Source of the DNA: Lama glama
Taxonomy: Eukaryota
DNA length: 64,000 bases
Assembly (NCBI GenBank): GCA_028534125.1
Contig: CM052818.1
Span: 18,602,001 to 18,666,000, forward strand
Direction of reading: 5' to 3'
Shown piece after piece: positions 51,513-64,000 of the stretch. The position numbers were made by a program, and so were the translations under genes. The number at the start of each line of letters is the position of its first letter. Positions within the stretch are counted from its first letter, which is position 1. The notes beneath the pieces are model-generated. The model searched no databases. It was given only the letters and a program-made list of their open reading frames with translations, and had not been told where the DNA came from.

Positions 51513-52053
51513 CCTTGGGACAAAGATTTCCTCTCTGCCCTGTCTTCCTCTTTCTATGCTTCTCCTCAAGAAGCAAACTGCCTGGCAGCCTCTCTTGGCA
51601 CTACCCTTCCACACTCCTACCACAGAGACGTGTCAGTGACAGGGCAACGTGATCCCAGAAGCATCCAGCACCAGCCCAGCTTACAGCGGCCTCCTGCCCC
51701 CCAGACTCCACCAGACACAGCCTCATTGCCTTTCTTTCCCCTGGGCTTCCTCTTGGTGCACAGACCTGATCTGAACAAAGCAGCTTTGATCCCAGAGGAT
51801 TTGTTCAGTGAACTCTCACCGTGTAATTGGCTGGAATGCTTGTAAAACATCGTTCTGTGTGAGCCTGGTGCTCTGATAGTCTTCCGAAAGAATTCCCAAA
51901 GGCCAAGACCAAGTTCAGCCGGCCTCTCTGGGAATGCCCGTTCTTGTAACTGCTCTCAGGGAGCTCAGTGCTGCTCTAGAAGACACAGGAAAACACAGAG
52001 CAGGGAGCAGTGATGCCTAGGAGGCCACGACAGGTTTCCCAGGAGAGGTACCG

Positions 52054-52221
52054 GGCGGTGGTTCTCAACCCTGGCCACATGGGAGAGCCTTTCAGAAGCA
52101 CCAACATCTGGGCCTCACCCCAGAGTCTGACCCGGCAAGGATGGGGCCTAAATATGGGTATTTTAAATATGAAAGCTCTCATGCTTCTAAAGACTAACAC
52201 GCAGCCAGGGCTGAGAAACAG
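52054..52221. mobile_element. MER5A-like hAT MITE
   Basis: Inverted termini 'gtggttctcaaccctggc' and 'gccagggctgagaaaca'. Confidence 0.7.
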
Positions 52222-53181
52222 ATTTAAAGGGAGTGATGAAAGAATCCCAGGCTATCTCAGCTAAAAGCACCATCGCCCACCTATTCATCAAAGCCAGAGA
52301 TCCTAACTCCTCCCACCTGCTCTCTTTCCCCTAGGCCCGCGGACCACCTGTCATGGTTCCAGGGTCACCTCTTCTGAATTCGCTCCCCCACCCCTCACTC
52401 TGTCTCAGTGCTCCCACTGCCTCCCGCCTTGCTCAGCCTCTCCCCTCTCCCACCAGCCCCTCTCCGTCTATCTGCCATCTACCCGAATCTCTCCTTTGAA
52501 ACGTACACCCGACTTTCTAAAACAAGGTATGATTCTGTCACAGTCGTTCCTGAAAACACTCCTGAGGCCCTGCTGACACCCCCCCACACAGCATGGTGCA
52601 CAGCACTCTTCCCACCCTGCTTTCTTCTCCAACTACCCTCTCAGTTCCCAGACTCGGAAGACTCCTCATCGGCGTGCCTGTGTTTCTGCTGTTTCCATCC
52701 TTGATGGATTCCCACTGGTGTTCCCATGCTGAGCTCAACCATCATGTCTCAGCAGAGCCTTCCCTAGCAGCCCCTGCAGTTTCCCACTCCCTTCTCTGGG
52801 ATCCCTACTAGAGGTGTCTGTACCTGCCTGGACTAGAATAGAGCACATTTCCACAGCGCATCTGGATAGCAGCTTCAGCTCTGCTTCATCCGCTAGACTT
52901 CTGTTTCTGGAGAGGAGGGATCATGTTTGTATCTGTATCTCCCAAGCACCCAGCACAGAGATAAGACTGCCTTTCATTTTTACCCAAGTTAACTTCTAAG
53001 GCAGTCTTATTTCGAAGAGCAGGGAACAAAACTAAGGAGGAAGTGATCCCAGCTGAGAATTACAAAAAAGTTGAGTTATATTCATGGATGGCAGATCTTA
53101 AAAGGTTAATTAGGGAAGCTAAGCTCTGTAAAACAATAATTTTAATATTTGAGGTTGATGGTTGATGTCAAGAAGTCCAAC

Positions 53182-54010
53182 AAAGAAAAGGAAATCTTCC
53201 TACACTATTGGTGGGAATGTAGTTTGGTGCAGCCACTATGGAGAACAGTCTAGAGATTCCTTAAAAAATTGAAAAAAGATTTAGCCTATGATCCAGCAAT
53301 CCCACTCCTAGGCATATATCCAGAGGAAACTCTAATTCAAAAAGATATATGTACCCCAGTGTTCATAACAGCACTATTTGCAATAGCCAAGACATGGAAA
53401 CAACCTAATGTCCATCAACATATGACTGGATAAAGAAGCTGTGCATATATATGCAATGAAATTTTACTCTATAAAAACGAATAAAATAATGCCATTTGCA
53501 GCAACATGGATGGACCTGCAGATCATCATACTAAGTGAAGCAAGCCAGAAAGGGAAAGAAAAATATCATATGATATCACTTGTATGTGAAATATTAAAAA
53601 AGAAAAAAAAGGAAACAAACAAACATATGTATTTACAAAACAGAGACAGACTCACAGGCATAGAAAACAAACTTATGGTTACCAGGTTGGCAAGGGACGG
53701 TGGGGAGGGATAAATTGGGAGTTTGGGATTTGCAGGTACTAACTACTATATATAAAATAGATAAACAACAAGGTTCTATTGTATAGCACAGGAAACTATA
53801 TTCAATACCTTATAATAGCCTATAATGAAAAAGAATATGAAGAGGAATATATCTATACACATATATAGGTAGATAGATATAAGATACACAGATATATATA
53901 TAGATATATAGATCTATATCTATATATATAGATATAAATGAATCACTGTGTCATACATTAGAAATTAACATAGCATTGTAAATAGACCATACTTCAATTA
54001 AAAAAAAAAA
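53182..54010 (+). mobile_element. 5'-truncated young L1 3' end with poly(A) tail and TSD
   Basis: 'tggtgggaatgtagtttggtgcagccactatgg...catacttcaattaaaaaaaaaa'; TSD aagaagtccaac (53170-53181) / aaaaagtccaac (54007-54018). Confidence 0.9.
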
Positions 54011-54296
54011 AGTCCAACTAGATGGTGCCACTATCCATAACAAAATCCTAGCCTCAGATAGTATTTCTTAAGATATTTAAAAAAAATTAGGTTAAATCTA
54101 TCTGGTACAGCTAGGCATAAGGGGACAAAATGAACCAGCTGTTTGACTAAATGTGCCATCTCCCACCCAGCCATGCAAGCATGGCCTCAGCTGACTGAAG
54201 TTACCATCTGTCTCAGCCTGGTTTCAACCCAAGGAGGAGGGTGAAAACATTCAAGCAATTTCACAGGAAAATCAGCTTGGAGCATGGAATATTTAC

Positions 54297-56208
54297 TTGA
54301 ATTTTTATCAGGAAGCCGGTCTATCTTCCATACCACGGCCCGGTAGGCACTCTCATATTTTGCTGATCCCACAGTGACCTGTATGATGGGTTCAGATTCC
54401 GGTTCATGTAAATTCCCCAGACATGCCCGGCGGTTCATTTTGGCTTTCAGGGACTTCTGCCTCTGGAGGTTCATGGTCCAGAGAGCCTTGATCCACTGTG
54501 ACGGAACAGGAAAGTGTATCATTATGTTGTCACAGGACCTCAAGGAGCTGGCACGGGATGGGGTCATGTTGACAAACGCCTGAAGCTCCACATACGCCCC
54601 CTGGACAACCACACCAGACTTTAGGGAAAAGGGAAGATCTTCCCCGTTGTACAAAGTCTTGAAACGCATCAGCTCAAACCGGCAGGCATCCAGAGGTACA
54701 AACTTAATGATTCTTGATTGCTCAAATTCTTGTGCTTTCACACACTTATGAAAATGATAGTCAAGAATATCAATCCCCTTCTTTTCTGGGTCTTTTTCAA
54801 AATAGCGTTCATTTCGCTTCTGCAGCTCCAGGTCATTCAAGGTTAAAAAGCATTCTGCATTCCCATTCACAAAGCAGAGGCAACAGATCTGAGTGATCAC
54901 CGCACTTTCCACCAATTTTCCTTCTTCTTTAGTGATTTTACCCCAAAAGTTGTCCACAATTTCCAGGCAAATTTCTTGCTCCTCATAGTTCTTCTTTGGT
55001 TTTGAAACAGCTGGCAGTTTCATCAGTTCCTCCTCCACAGTAGTCAGAAAATCGAGGAAGTCATGGTACTCGGTGGACCCCAACTTCAGCATCTGTTCTA
55101 CGTCTGGTTCGTGAACTACTTCTGTCTTAGAATGGTATTTCCTTCTTTCTGTGTAAGACACATGTTCAATCTTCACAGTATGGATCTTTCCTGTCACACT
55201 GAAGTTCTCAACTTTGGGTTCAGAAAGCCTGCAGTATGGATCAAGCTGTAACTCCTTAAATGGTTTTTCTAATCCTTTCTCATAATACATTTGCAAAATT
55301 CCTCCAGGTAACACTTTTAGAAAAATTGGCCCCCACTGACGGGAAGACATCATGTTCTTCTTCTCAGGGATTCTCAACATGAAAGACCATCCAGGCTTTG
55401 GCTGACTCCTGAAGAGCATATGGGGGACAAAGGAAGAGGTGGTGTCTTCAGGGTACAGACACTGCAGAGACAAATTTCCAAGTAAGTCTTGGTTCTCAGT
55501 TGACTGGAGATGTTCAAGTTTCTCACAGATGTAGCTGAGTGAACATTGATTTAAGCTTTTTTGATCAATAGGCATCTCTTTGTCTCTTGATGGGAACATC
55601 TTTCTGCTTCCTGGAGGGTCAAAGGTGAGCTGGGAAGCACTGCCTTCATCTTTCCAAAATGGACTTGAAAAGGCACAGTCCTCCCGAAAATACTGAAACT
55701 TGGAAGTATCACTTTGGAACCCTAGGCTTTCAGCCTGGTGAGGGCTCATTTCATCTGGAAGACCTACTTTGGGAGCTGGATGTATACATGAGTGGTCACT
55801 GGGCAAGGAAGCATGGGATAAACAGGCTGGTTTTGTGGGCAATAAGGAAGAACCTGCTCCTGGTATAAGCGGACTGTTTGAAGATGACTCCGGAATTGGA
55901 TAAAGCACATGAGTCCCTGCTTTGGGAATGCCAGGAATACCTGGGAAGTCTTTGGTAGGTGTAGAAAGAGGAGAGTTACTTGGAGGTCCTGGACTGAAGT
56001 AGAAGTCTGTGATGGGAGAGGAAAGAGGGGTACTGTTGGTGGAGGAAGATCCACTAGGAAATTCCTTAGGACCAGAAAGGTTCAGCTTAAGTCCATTCGG
56101 CCTACAGATGCCTTGATTCTCCAGAGGGAAATTCTTTGACTTTTGAGAAGACTGAAAAGTGGGGTCATCATCAAATGTGACCCAGTTGCCGGGGTTTGTG
56201 GAGCACAT
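54297..56208 (-). CDS. STON1: STON1 (stonin-1) first and largest coding exon, 1912 coding nt; exon starts at 56255
   Basis: MCSTNPGNWVTFDDD, Pro/Ser-rich region, stonin-homology domain (GWSFMLRIPEKKNMMSSRQWGP) and mu-homology domain; acceptor tttaatag|AGAC, upstream in-frame TGA, A at -3, donor TCA A|gtaaat. Spliced CDS 2190 nt = 729 aa plus stop. Confidence 0.98.
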
Positions 56209-56399
56209 CTTTGGGATCAGATTGTGGTCTTGTCAATGAATCAGATACGTTGTCTCTATTAAAGGAGAGAGAGAAAATAAGAATATAAAATGAGGGGGGA
56301 AAATTCAAGTTACTGGAGGTCTTTTAATTGTTCTGAGAAATACTCGGATTTAAAAACATCCAGATTTATAGATTAATTTGGTTCAAAGAAATGCTTAAA

Positions 56400-58170
56400 A
56401 ACTGTAACACCTTTGATGGCTAAATGGATTAAAAAAAAACAAAACAAGATCTAGCCATATACTGTTTATAAGAGGCCCATTTTAGATCTAAGGATACACA
56501 TAGGCTAAAAGTGAAAAGATGGAAAAGATATTCTGTGTAAATGGAACCAAAAGAGAGCAGGGTGACCATATTAATATAGAACAAAACAGACTTTAAGTCA
56601 AAAGCTGTTGTAAGAGGATTAACTTACCAGGAACATATTATAATTACAAGTATATATAAGTTCAACATCAAAGCATCCAAATATATGAAGCAAACATTAA
56701 AAAACTGAAGGGACAAAAAGACAGCAACACAGCAATAGGAGATTTCAATACCCCAATTTCTACAATGGCTAGAACATCCAGATAGCAGATCAATAAGGAC
56801 ACAGAGGACTTGAACAACACTATAGACCAAACGGACCCACCAGACATACAAAATGTTTCACACAACAGCATTAGAATACACATTCTTCTCATGCACACAC
56901 AGAACATTCCCCAAGACAAATCACATGTTAGGTCACAAAAAGGTCTCAACAAATTAAAGAAGGTTGAAATCAAATCAAGCATATTTTCCAAACACAGTAG
57001 AATGAAACTGGAAATCAACAGCAGAAGAAAAACTGGAAAATTCACAAACATACAGAAATTAAGCAATACACTCTTGAACAACCAATGGGTCAAAGAAGAA
57101 TTCAAAAAGGAAACTAGAAAATATCTCGAGACAAACAAAAATGAAAACACAACATTTCAAAACTCATGGGATGCAGCAAAAGTAGTACAAAGAGGGGAGT
57201 TTATAGTAGTAAACACCTACATTTCTTCCTATTTTCTTTTTTTCTCAATCTACCTAAAAGTTTGTCAATTTTGTTGATCTTTTCAAAAACCCAACTCTTA
57301 GTTTCACTGATTTTTTTCAAAGTCATGTAAATGAACAACAGGCATATAAAAGGTACCCAATTTCACTAATCACCAGGAAGAGACAAATTAAACCACAATG
57401 AGACTGTCACCATCCTCTTGTTAGGAAAGCAATCACCAAAACAACAACAAAGAATAAACAGAAAGCCCACAAACAAAACACCAAAAAAATAACAAGGGTT
57501 GGCAAGGATGTAGAGAAATTGGAATCCTTGTGCACTGCTGGTAGGAATGTAAAATGCAAAACAGTATAGAGATTCCTCAAAATTTTTTGAATAGAATTAC
57601 CACATCATCCATCAATCTTCTGGGTATTTATTCAAAAGAATTGAAAACAGGATCTCAAAGAGATATTTTGCACTCTCATGTTCACTGCAGCATCATTCAC
57701 AATAGCCACAAGGTGAAAACAACCTAAATGTCATTTGTCCAATGAATGAATAAAGAAAATGTGATATATACATACAATGGAATATTATTCAGCCTTAAAA
57801 AGAAGGGAAAATCTGATTCATGCCACGTGGGTCATGGATGAGACTTAAGGACACTATGTTAAGTGACATAGGCCAGTCACAAAGAGATAAAGAACTATAT
57901 GATCGCTCCTACATGAGGTATCCAAATTAGCCAAATTCACAAAAGCAGAAGGCAGAATGGTGGTTACCAGGGGCTCCAGGGAGAGGGAAAAGGGGTGTTG
58001 CAGTTCAATGGGTACAGAGTTTTAGTAATGCAAGACTAAAAAGTTGTAGAGATTTGTTGTACAACAACATGCGTGTAGTTAACAGTACTGTCCTGTGCAC
58101 TTAAAATTTCGTTTAGAGGATTTTAAATGTGTTAAAGATCTGTTGTTTCTTTTACCACAATTTTTAAAAA
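56400..58170 (+). mobile_element. Rearranged old L1: ORF2 endonuclease region, short inverted piece, then 3' end
   Basis: 'LNKLKKVEIKSSIFSKHSRMKLEINSRRK...NNQWVKEE' is L1 ORF2; 57222-57318 is reverse-strand ORF2; 3' UTR ends 'ttttaccacaatttttaaaaa'. Confidence 0.85.
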
Positions 58171-58464
58171 ATTACAACACTTTTGAATCAATTCAAAAAG
58201 TCATGAATGATTTAGACCTTATTAGTGCCATAGAAGACACAGGAGGAGGAGGTAAAAAGCCAGTTTATAATGAGCTTATAACCCAGTGACAGCCCCAAAA
58301 TATGTGATGTTTATAGTTCAGAAGCATTTTCAAATTCATGATCTCATTTACCAAAATGACTCTGGGAGATATATATCGTTATTCCCACTTCATAGCTGAG
58401 ATTACTCGGGTTTAGAGTCATTGCCTAAAGTCACCCAGCTGGTAACAGGCAGAGCTAGGGTTTT

Positions 58465-58990
58465 GTAAATAACAGCCTTATTGGCATATAATTCACGTAT
58501 ACAACATGACAATTTACTGATGTTTAGTTCAGTGATTTTCACAGAGTTGTGCAACCAACACTACTATCTAATTCCAGAATATTTTTCTCAAACTAAAAAT
58601 AAACTCTCTACCTATCAGCAGTCACTCCCCATTCTCCACCCAACCCCCCCCCCAGGCCCTGGCAATCTACTTTCTTTTCCTTTGAATTTGCCCAGTCTGG
58701 ACGTTTCATTTAAATAGAATCTACAACATGTGGCCTTTTGTGTCTGGCTTCTTTCACTTAGCACAATATTTTCAAAGTTCATCCACACTGCAGCATGCAC
58801 CAGAACTTCATTCTTTTTTTGTGGCTGAATAGTATTTCATCGTGAGGATATCCCACATTCTGTTTATCCAGTCATCAGTTGAGGGATACTTGGTTTGCTT
58901 CTATTTTTTGGCTATTAATGAATAATACTGCTATGAACATTTGTGTACAAGTTTTAGTGTGATCATTTCTCCTGGATATGTATCTAGGCT
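58465..58990 (-). mobile_element. L1MB-type 3' end inserted into a MIR (about 58310-58460 and 58995-59030)
   Basis: 'ttttgtgtctggcttctttcacttagcacaatattttcaaagttcatcca'; the MIR 'agagctagggttt' resumes as 'accagaatttgaacacag'. Confidence 0.8.
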
Positions 58991-61900
58991 TGGAAAGAAC
59001 CAGAATTTGAACACAGAACTTGACTGCTTCATCCCGATCTAATACAACATAAATTATTGAGGTTTTTCTAATGACATCAGAGGCCACGAGCTGGGGGCAG
59101 GGTGATCCAAATGCTGGTTGCTGCCCCTCAGAGGCTGCGTGCTAAGCCCCTCCAGGATTTCAGCAATTAGAGCAGAATAATCTCTGAGGTCCTTTCCAAC
59201 AATACAATAATTCTGTGGTGGTTGACATCCAAGTGAAATTTTTTTTTCTCAAAAGCAGAAATTGCTTTTGTTTTACCACCGGCATACCAAACTTCTTGAC
59301 CAAACTTCCAAACTGACAGAAAGTAAAACTCCATGAGGTCTACTGACGTGAAAACTCAAAAATGTACTGGAAGAAAGCCCGTGAGAAAGGCATATTTTTC
59401 TCCCTCCAGTCTGCTTTCTCGCCTCTCCTTGTGGATAATGAAGGCTCAACCAACGCAATCACTCAAGCCTGGAAAAGAGCCAACACAAAGAGAGAGCGAG
59501 GGCCTGAGGCTCCACTGGGGACAGGGCACGCTCAGTGTTGCCATTTGCTAAATCCGCACATTCCTAGGGGCACACATACACACAGTGGAGCAGCAGCCCA
59601 GGCTGGCTGGCTCCCTCTCGGGGGCATTTGACTGTCACTGCCCTTGGGCTGAAATTGCCATAAAACACTTTCCCTTCAAAGCTGGAAGAGCAGTTTTGAC
59701 AGGATGCAGCCAGGAGGCTCAGAGGCAGGAAATCAGCAACAGTATTTCCTGATCCATCCCATCCCGCCCTCCTCAGAAGGAATCCAGCCAAAACAATTCT
59801 TCATGTAGGGTGAGAGGTTGTGTAAACATTTCCTTTAGTTGGGTTTATTAAAAAGAAAGAAAAAGAGAAGACCAAAAGAAGAAACAGTTCAGCTTCAGAC
59901 TGAATCCTATTCTGATAGATACCAAACGTTTCACCTTACCCGTTTTCCACTGGGAGCTTCAAAATTTGGAACAGTGATAGTGGTTTCCTTACAGTATTTG
60001 CTTATTATGGAAAAAAAAGTGATTTCCATCAATCCCATTACTTTTTAAAGTGAACCTTGAACTTGAAATAGCACACCTTGCAAAAAAATCTATCTTGAAG
60101 GCAAAATCCATACAAAGTGCACACTTCACCCAATGCAAGACTCTTCCATAGGGACACACTCAGCAAATGTAAGTTTAATTCAACCAAACAGAATCGTGCC
60201 CAACAAGATCCCAAACCTACGTCCCTTTCGAATAGGCAGGACTTAGATGCTGCTCTGGAGTGAGCGGCTAAGACTCCAGGTCCCTGTGGTCCAGGACACA
60301 TTTGCTTCCCACTATGCTCCTCTTTCTTCTCTTCTGTGTCCCTGTTGTGCCTTCCTTATTATTCCTTTTTACACTTACTTCCATTTCTCTCCTACCTCTT
60401 TTGCCTCTTCCCTCTCTATCTGACCTCATCTTTCTACTTTAGTCTCAAAGCATCCCCTACCCCAGTGTTGTCCCAAAGCCAACAACTAGAATCCATTCCA
60501 TCCAGCACTTTCCTTCTCTTTCCACCCCTCCTGATCTATCCCCACCCCCAGCAGGGAAAGGAGATCATGTCCTGTTCAGAGCCTTGGTCTCTCCAAGGCC
60601 CAGTGGGTCTCAGGGAGAGATAAGAAAGCTCAGAGTCAAGAGATCCGAAATGCGTCTTCTTTTAATCATCTGCAACTTCACCTCATCTACTTGAAGACAC
60701 TGGAATCAAAAGTATTCAAGCAACAACACCTATTCAGCCTCAGTAATTTTTTTTTTCCTGCATTGCACGCGGAGTAGGATCTAATTATGTATCTATGCTT
60801 CCCAGAGGGCCCTGATTCTACCATCCCTTTCACAGGCAACACTTCCTTTAAACTTTATAACAATCCAGAGTGCCTCTGAGTGCCTTCTCCAAAGTCAGGA
60901 TCCGGTTAGCAGAGGGCTGGGAACCCAGGACTCCAGGCACCGGCTTCCCAGCTGCCTTCCTCTGAAGCAAAGGTTCCTCTGGTTCGACTCCCTGGCTTTT
61001 TCCTCAGCTGTGGATTCTCCCTCACCCTACATGCCCTAATCCATTCAGAGGTCTGCTTTCAGCCAATCTGGATTATCCTAAAACTCCTAGAAGACAATTT
61101 CAGATAAACTTCAGAGACAGGGCAAGACACTAAGACTCCAAATGAGGCTCAGACAGAAAATGAAAATGTATTATGGTGGAAATTTCTAGAAATCACCCTC
61201 TGAGGTTTGAAGGTTTCTAGGGGAGTGTGTGTGCTCCCCCTTAAGACTATTAGACATTCTTTTCAGTTGCCTATTTTCAAAGCAGCACCAGAATCCACTG
61301 AACTTAAGAACAAATTAAAAGCAAATACACATACTTACTCACCCTGGGAATAATAAGGATGTAGGTAGACAGTGGTTTTCAATCTTTTACCTCAACACAT
61401 GTGACAGCTGGCATCCAGAAGCCTAGCACATTCTCTTGGATGCACCAAGACTTCAACAACCCCTCAAATACTTATGGAAGCTCTAAAACGACTAATTATC
61501 CCCACCATTCCAAACGCTGGGTCAGTAAGGGAGGGCCCCAGGCCACAGCAAACGTGGGAAAGGCTGTGCTCACACACAATTCCTGCACCCCACCCTTTCT
61601 TCCACTTAAGAGATCACATGGGAATTCTTATAGGGGTACTGTGGAGATTGTCATGAATTTATTCTAAATTACTTTCAAAGTAAATCCTGACCAACAGAAA
61701 CACCTATTAAACATACAGCAAATTACTCACAATAAGCCTTATGAATAGGAAGCACTGGTATGAAAACTCGGTCTCACCAAAAAGAATTTGGGGATATAAT
61801 TTTTCAGATTATTGTAGGAAAAATTCATATATTCTTGGAGAGTCAGAGGGAAGCTTTTTCAAGGAGGGGCCATGTCTCACTCAGCAGGGCATTTTCCACA

Positions 61901-62049
61901 CTGCCTAAATATCAGCTCAATGCATTTTTGATTGAATCATTTTAAACGGTCTTTTTAGTTTTCCATAAAGTAGATCTCTATACTGCCCTCCCCAGTTCAA
62001 AAAATCACTGAATTTTAGAGTTAGGCAGAAATGGGAAGTATTCTGTTCA

Positions 62050-62330
62050 ATCAACCATACCAACAAACATTTATCAAGTACTTACTAGGTGCTCATGCTA
62101 TGCTAAGGACTGCATGCATATAATCTCATTGAATCTTTACGGCCTCGTGAGGGGTCAATGCAATAATATGATAAAATATATAATTATATATTACAATATA
62201 ATAATGTCATCTTTTTTTTTAGAAAAGGAACATAAGGCTCAGAGAGGTTAAGCTACTTGCCTAAAGTCACCTAGCCAGTTAGATGCAGACCTGAACTGTG
62301 ACCAGGTCTGTCTGATCCCAAAGCCCCTGC
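62050..62330 (-). mobile_element. MIR SINE, possibly preceded by an L2 tail
   Basis: 'aaggctcagagaggttaagctacttgcctaaagtcacctagccagt...ccaggtctgtctgatcccaaagccc'. Confidence 0.75.
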
Positions 62331-64000
62331 TTGACAGTATCCACCACCCCAGAAGTCCCAAGAGATCCAACGAGTGGCTGGTGTCACCACTCCAGCCTTC
62401 ACTAAGGAGAAAGTTCCAGGGCAGGAGCCTTCACTTCCTGGAGCCAGGAACTCTCTGAACGGGAGGACGCTGTTCTCACCTGAAAAGAGCTTGTTTCTCC
62501 ACAAAGACCAGCTCAGGTGTCTGCCCCGGGACAGCAGGCTGTGGGGAAGACATACTCTGAGACAGCTGTTCTCAAGAACCATAACAGCTCAGGGGCAATT
62601 TGGGTCAGTTCTGAGAGTGGCTTTCCTAACTCAGCCTGCCCTACTGTGTCCCTTCTCGACTGCATCATCTGGCCATCCCACCCTTAGTTGTGAACAGTTT
62701 ATCAAACTTGCTGCCCAACACATTCATTGAGGTCCACCCTCTCTTCTGATGACAATCTTGGTACACTAATTCCCCAAACTCTGCATAGCTCCCTACATCT
62801 GTCCTTCCTTCCATGTCATCCCCACCCTCCTCTATTCTCAAGGGTCTACTTCTGTTGTTCTTGGCAGTTTTCCTTTGCTTTTCTTCAGAAACCATTTAAA
62901 TCAAGTAAATATGAAGTTCTACCTTTTTCTGCAGATCGTCAAAATCAGATTAGTGGCATTTGGTTGTTGAATCAGCATTCCAGGCGGTTGGCAGCTGCAG
63001 ACTCTGTCCCCACTTCAGCACGTCACCTTGGAGACCACTACCCTCTCGGGTGACCTCTAGGGTCTGGTTTCTCCATCTCTACCAGGTGCTGGGAGAGCAC
63101 TGGGGCTGAAGAGGTATTCAGCAGAGCTCAGGGAAGCACCACTGACACCTAGCAGTAGCCTCCCGCTCTCAGTCCCGCCCCAAGTGTCAGTGTTGAGCTC
63201 CCTCCTACTCAAGCCCCACGACTACATCTGGACCCTCAGCAACGCCCTCGCCTCTGCAGAGGGCTGAATTCAGTCCTTTATGCCTGTGACTTTTTTGCTG
63301 TACAGCAATGCTGCATAATCTAGAGAAAGAATGTCTTCATGTCAGTTTCTGTGTGGTTTCACTGGCTGCTCCCCAAATAAGGAGTTCTCCGACTCTTCCC
63401 AGTGCTGGACTCCAAATGCAACAGTGGAATTGGGCTGGAGCTGCATTTGGAAAAAAAAAGAAAAAGCCTCCCTCTTGTTTTGTGTGGCTGGAGGTCTGCC
63501 ACCTAGCTACCCTCCTTGCATTGTGAGATGTATATCCCAGAAACAGAGCCAAAGGCAGGGACAGCCCCGTGTGCAAAATGCATGGATGAAGAATTTTCTC
63601 AAAGGTTTGCTGTGGAAGTGTTTAAAATATCCTTCTAGAATGTTTCCCTTTAAAGGGAAAACTAAGAGCTTGAAACAGAAAGGAATCATAAGACAACACA
63701 AAACTCCAAGTGCAGAGAAAACCTTTGCAGAGCACACCCTCAGCTTAAGCTGCAGGAGAGGTGCCCACTGCGTGTACTGCGTGTACTACTAGCACATATG
63801 CTCTGCAGCCCATAATATTTAATCACAAACATGTGTGGCATTTATAGTTCAGCTATGTGACAGGAAATACCATTTGTAAAATATTAAACCACAGCAAAAC
63901 CTGTCCATGCCTTCCAATATTATCTATGCTGGTTCCCTCCTACACATGGCTGACGGCTGATGACTGTAAGGTTAAAACCTAAAAACCAAGGACCACACTT

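Noticed and set aside
53850..53937. Near-palindromic AT/GATA tract, possible cruciform
   Set aside because: Low-complexity microsatellite in an L1 3' UTR; symmetry is expected by chance.
54187..54296. C-terminal extension of the 673-aa STON1 ORF
   Set aside because: Intronic read-through past the donor at 54297; stonin homology continues in the 48312 exon.
59270..63800. STON1 first exon or promoter in the GC-richer patches
   Set aside because: No CpG island or convincing exon/donor; only isolated GC-box-like motifs.

Overview
Mammalian genomic DNA, probably a camelid (inferred from tRNA-derived SINEs resembling the camelid vic-1 type), covering the STON1 / GTF2A1L locus, both genes on the minus strand. 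The three STON1 coding exons (56208-54297, 48312-48110, 46276-46202) splice with GT-AG boundaries into an intact 729-aa stonin-1 with an N-terminal WVTFDDD motif, stonin- and mu-homology domains and a C-terminal CVTQ. GTF2A1L (ALF, germ-cell TFIIA alpha/beta-like factor) has five intact internal exons of 56, 85, 590, 261 and 90 nt, equivalent to human exons 4-8. Its first three exons and promoter were not found and probably lie in the 500-N assembly gap (30507-31006); its last exon probably lies before the window start. The rest is mostly transposon-derived: L1, L2, MIR, MaLR/ERVL LTRs, hAT and Tigger elements, and SINEs. Repeat families were assigned from recalled consensus similarity and their boundaries are approximate. 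I found no clearly new biological system. The best leads are: a CaaX motif confined to the STON1 last exon that the STON1-GTF2A1L read-through would skip; two L1 copies that keep their 5' ends but lack large internal parts (spliced or HAL1-like); a tandem SINE triplet; a fossil Charlie transposase; and candidate CTCF sites between the genes.
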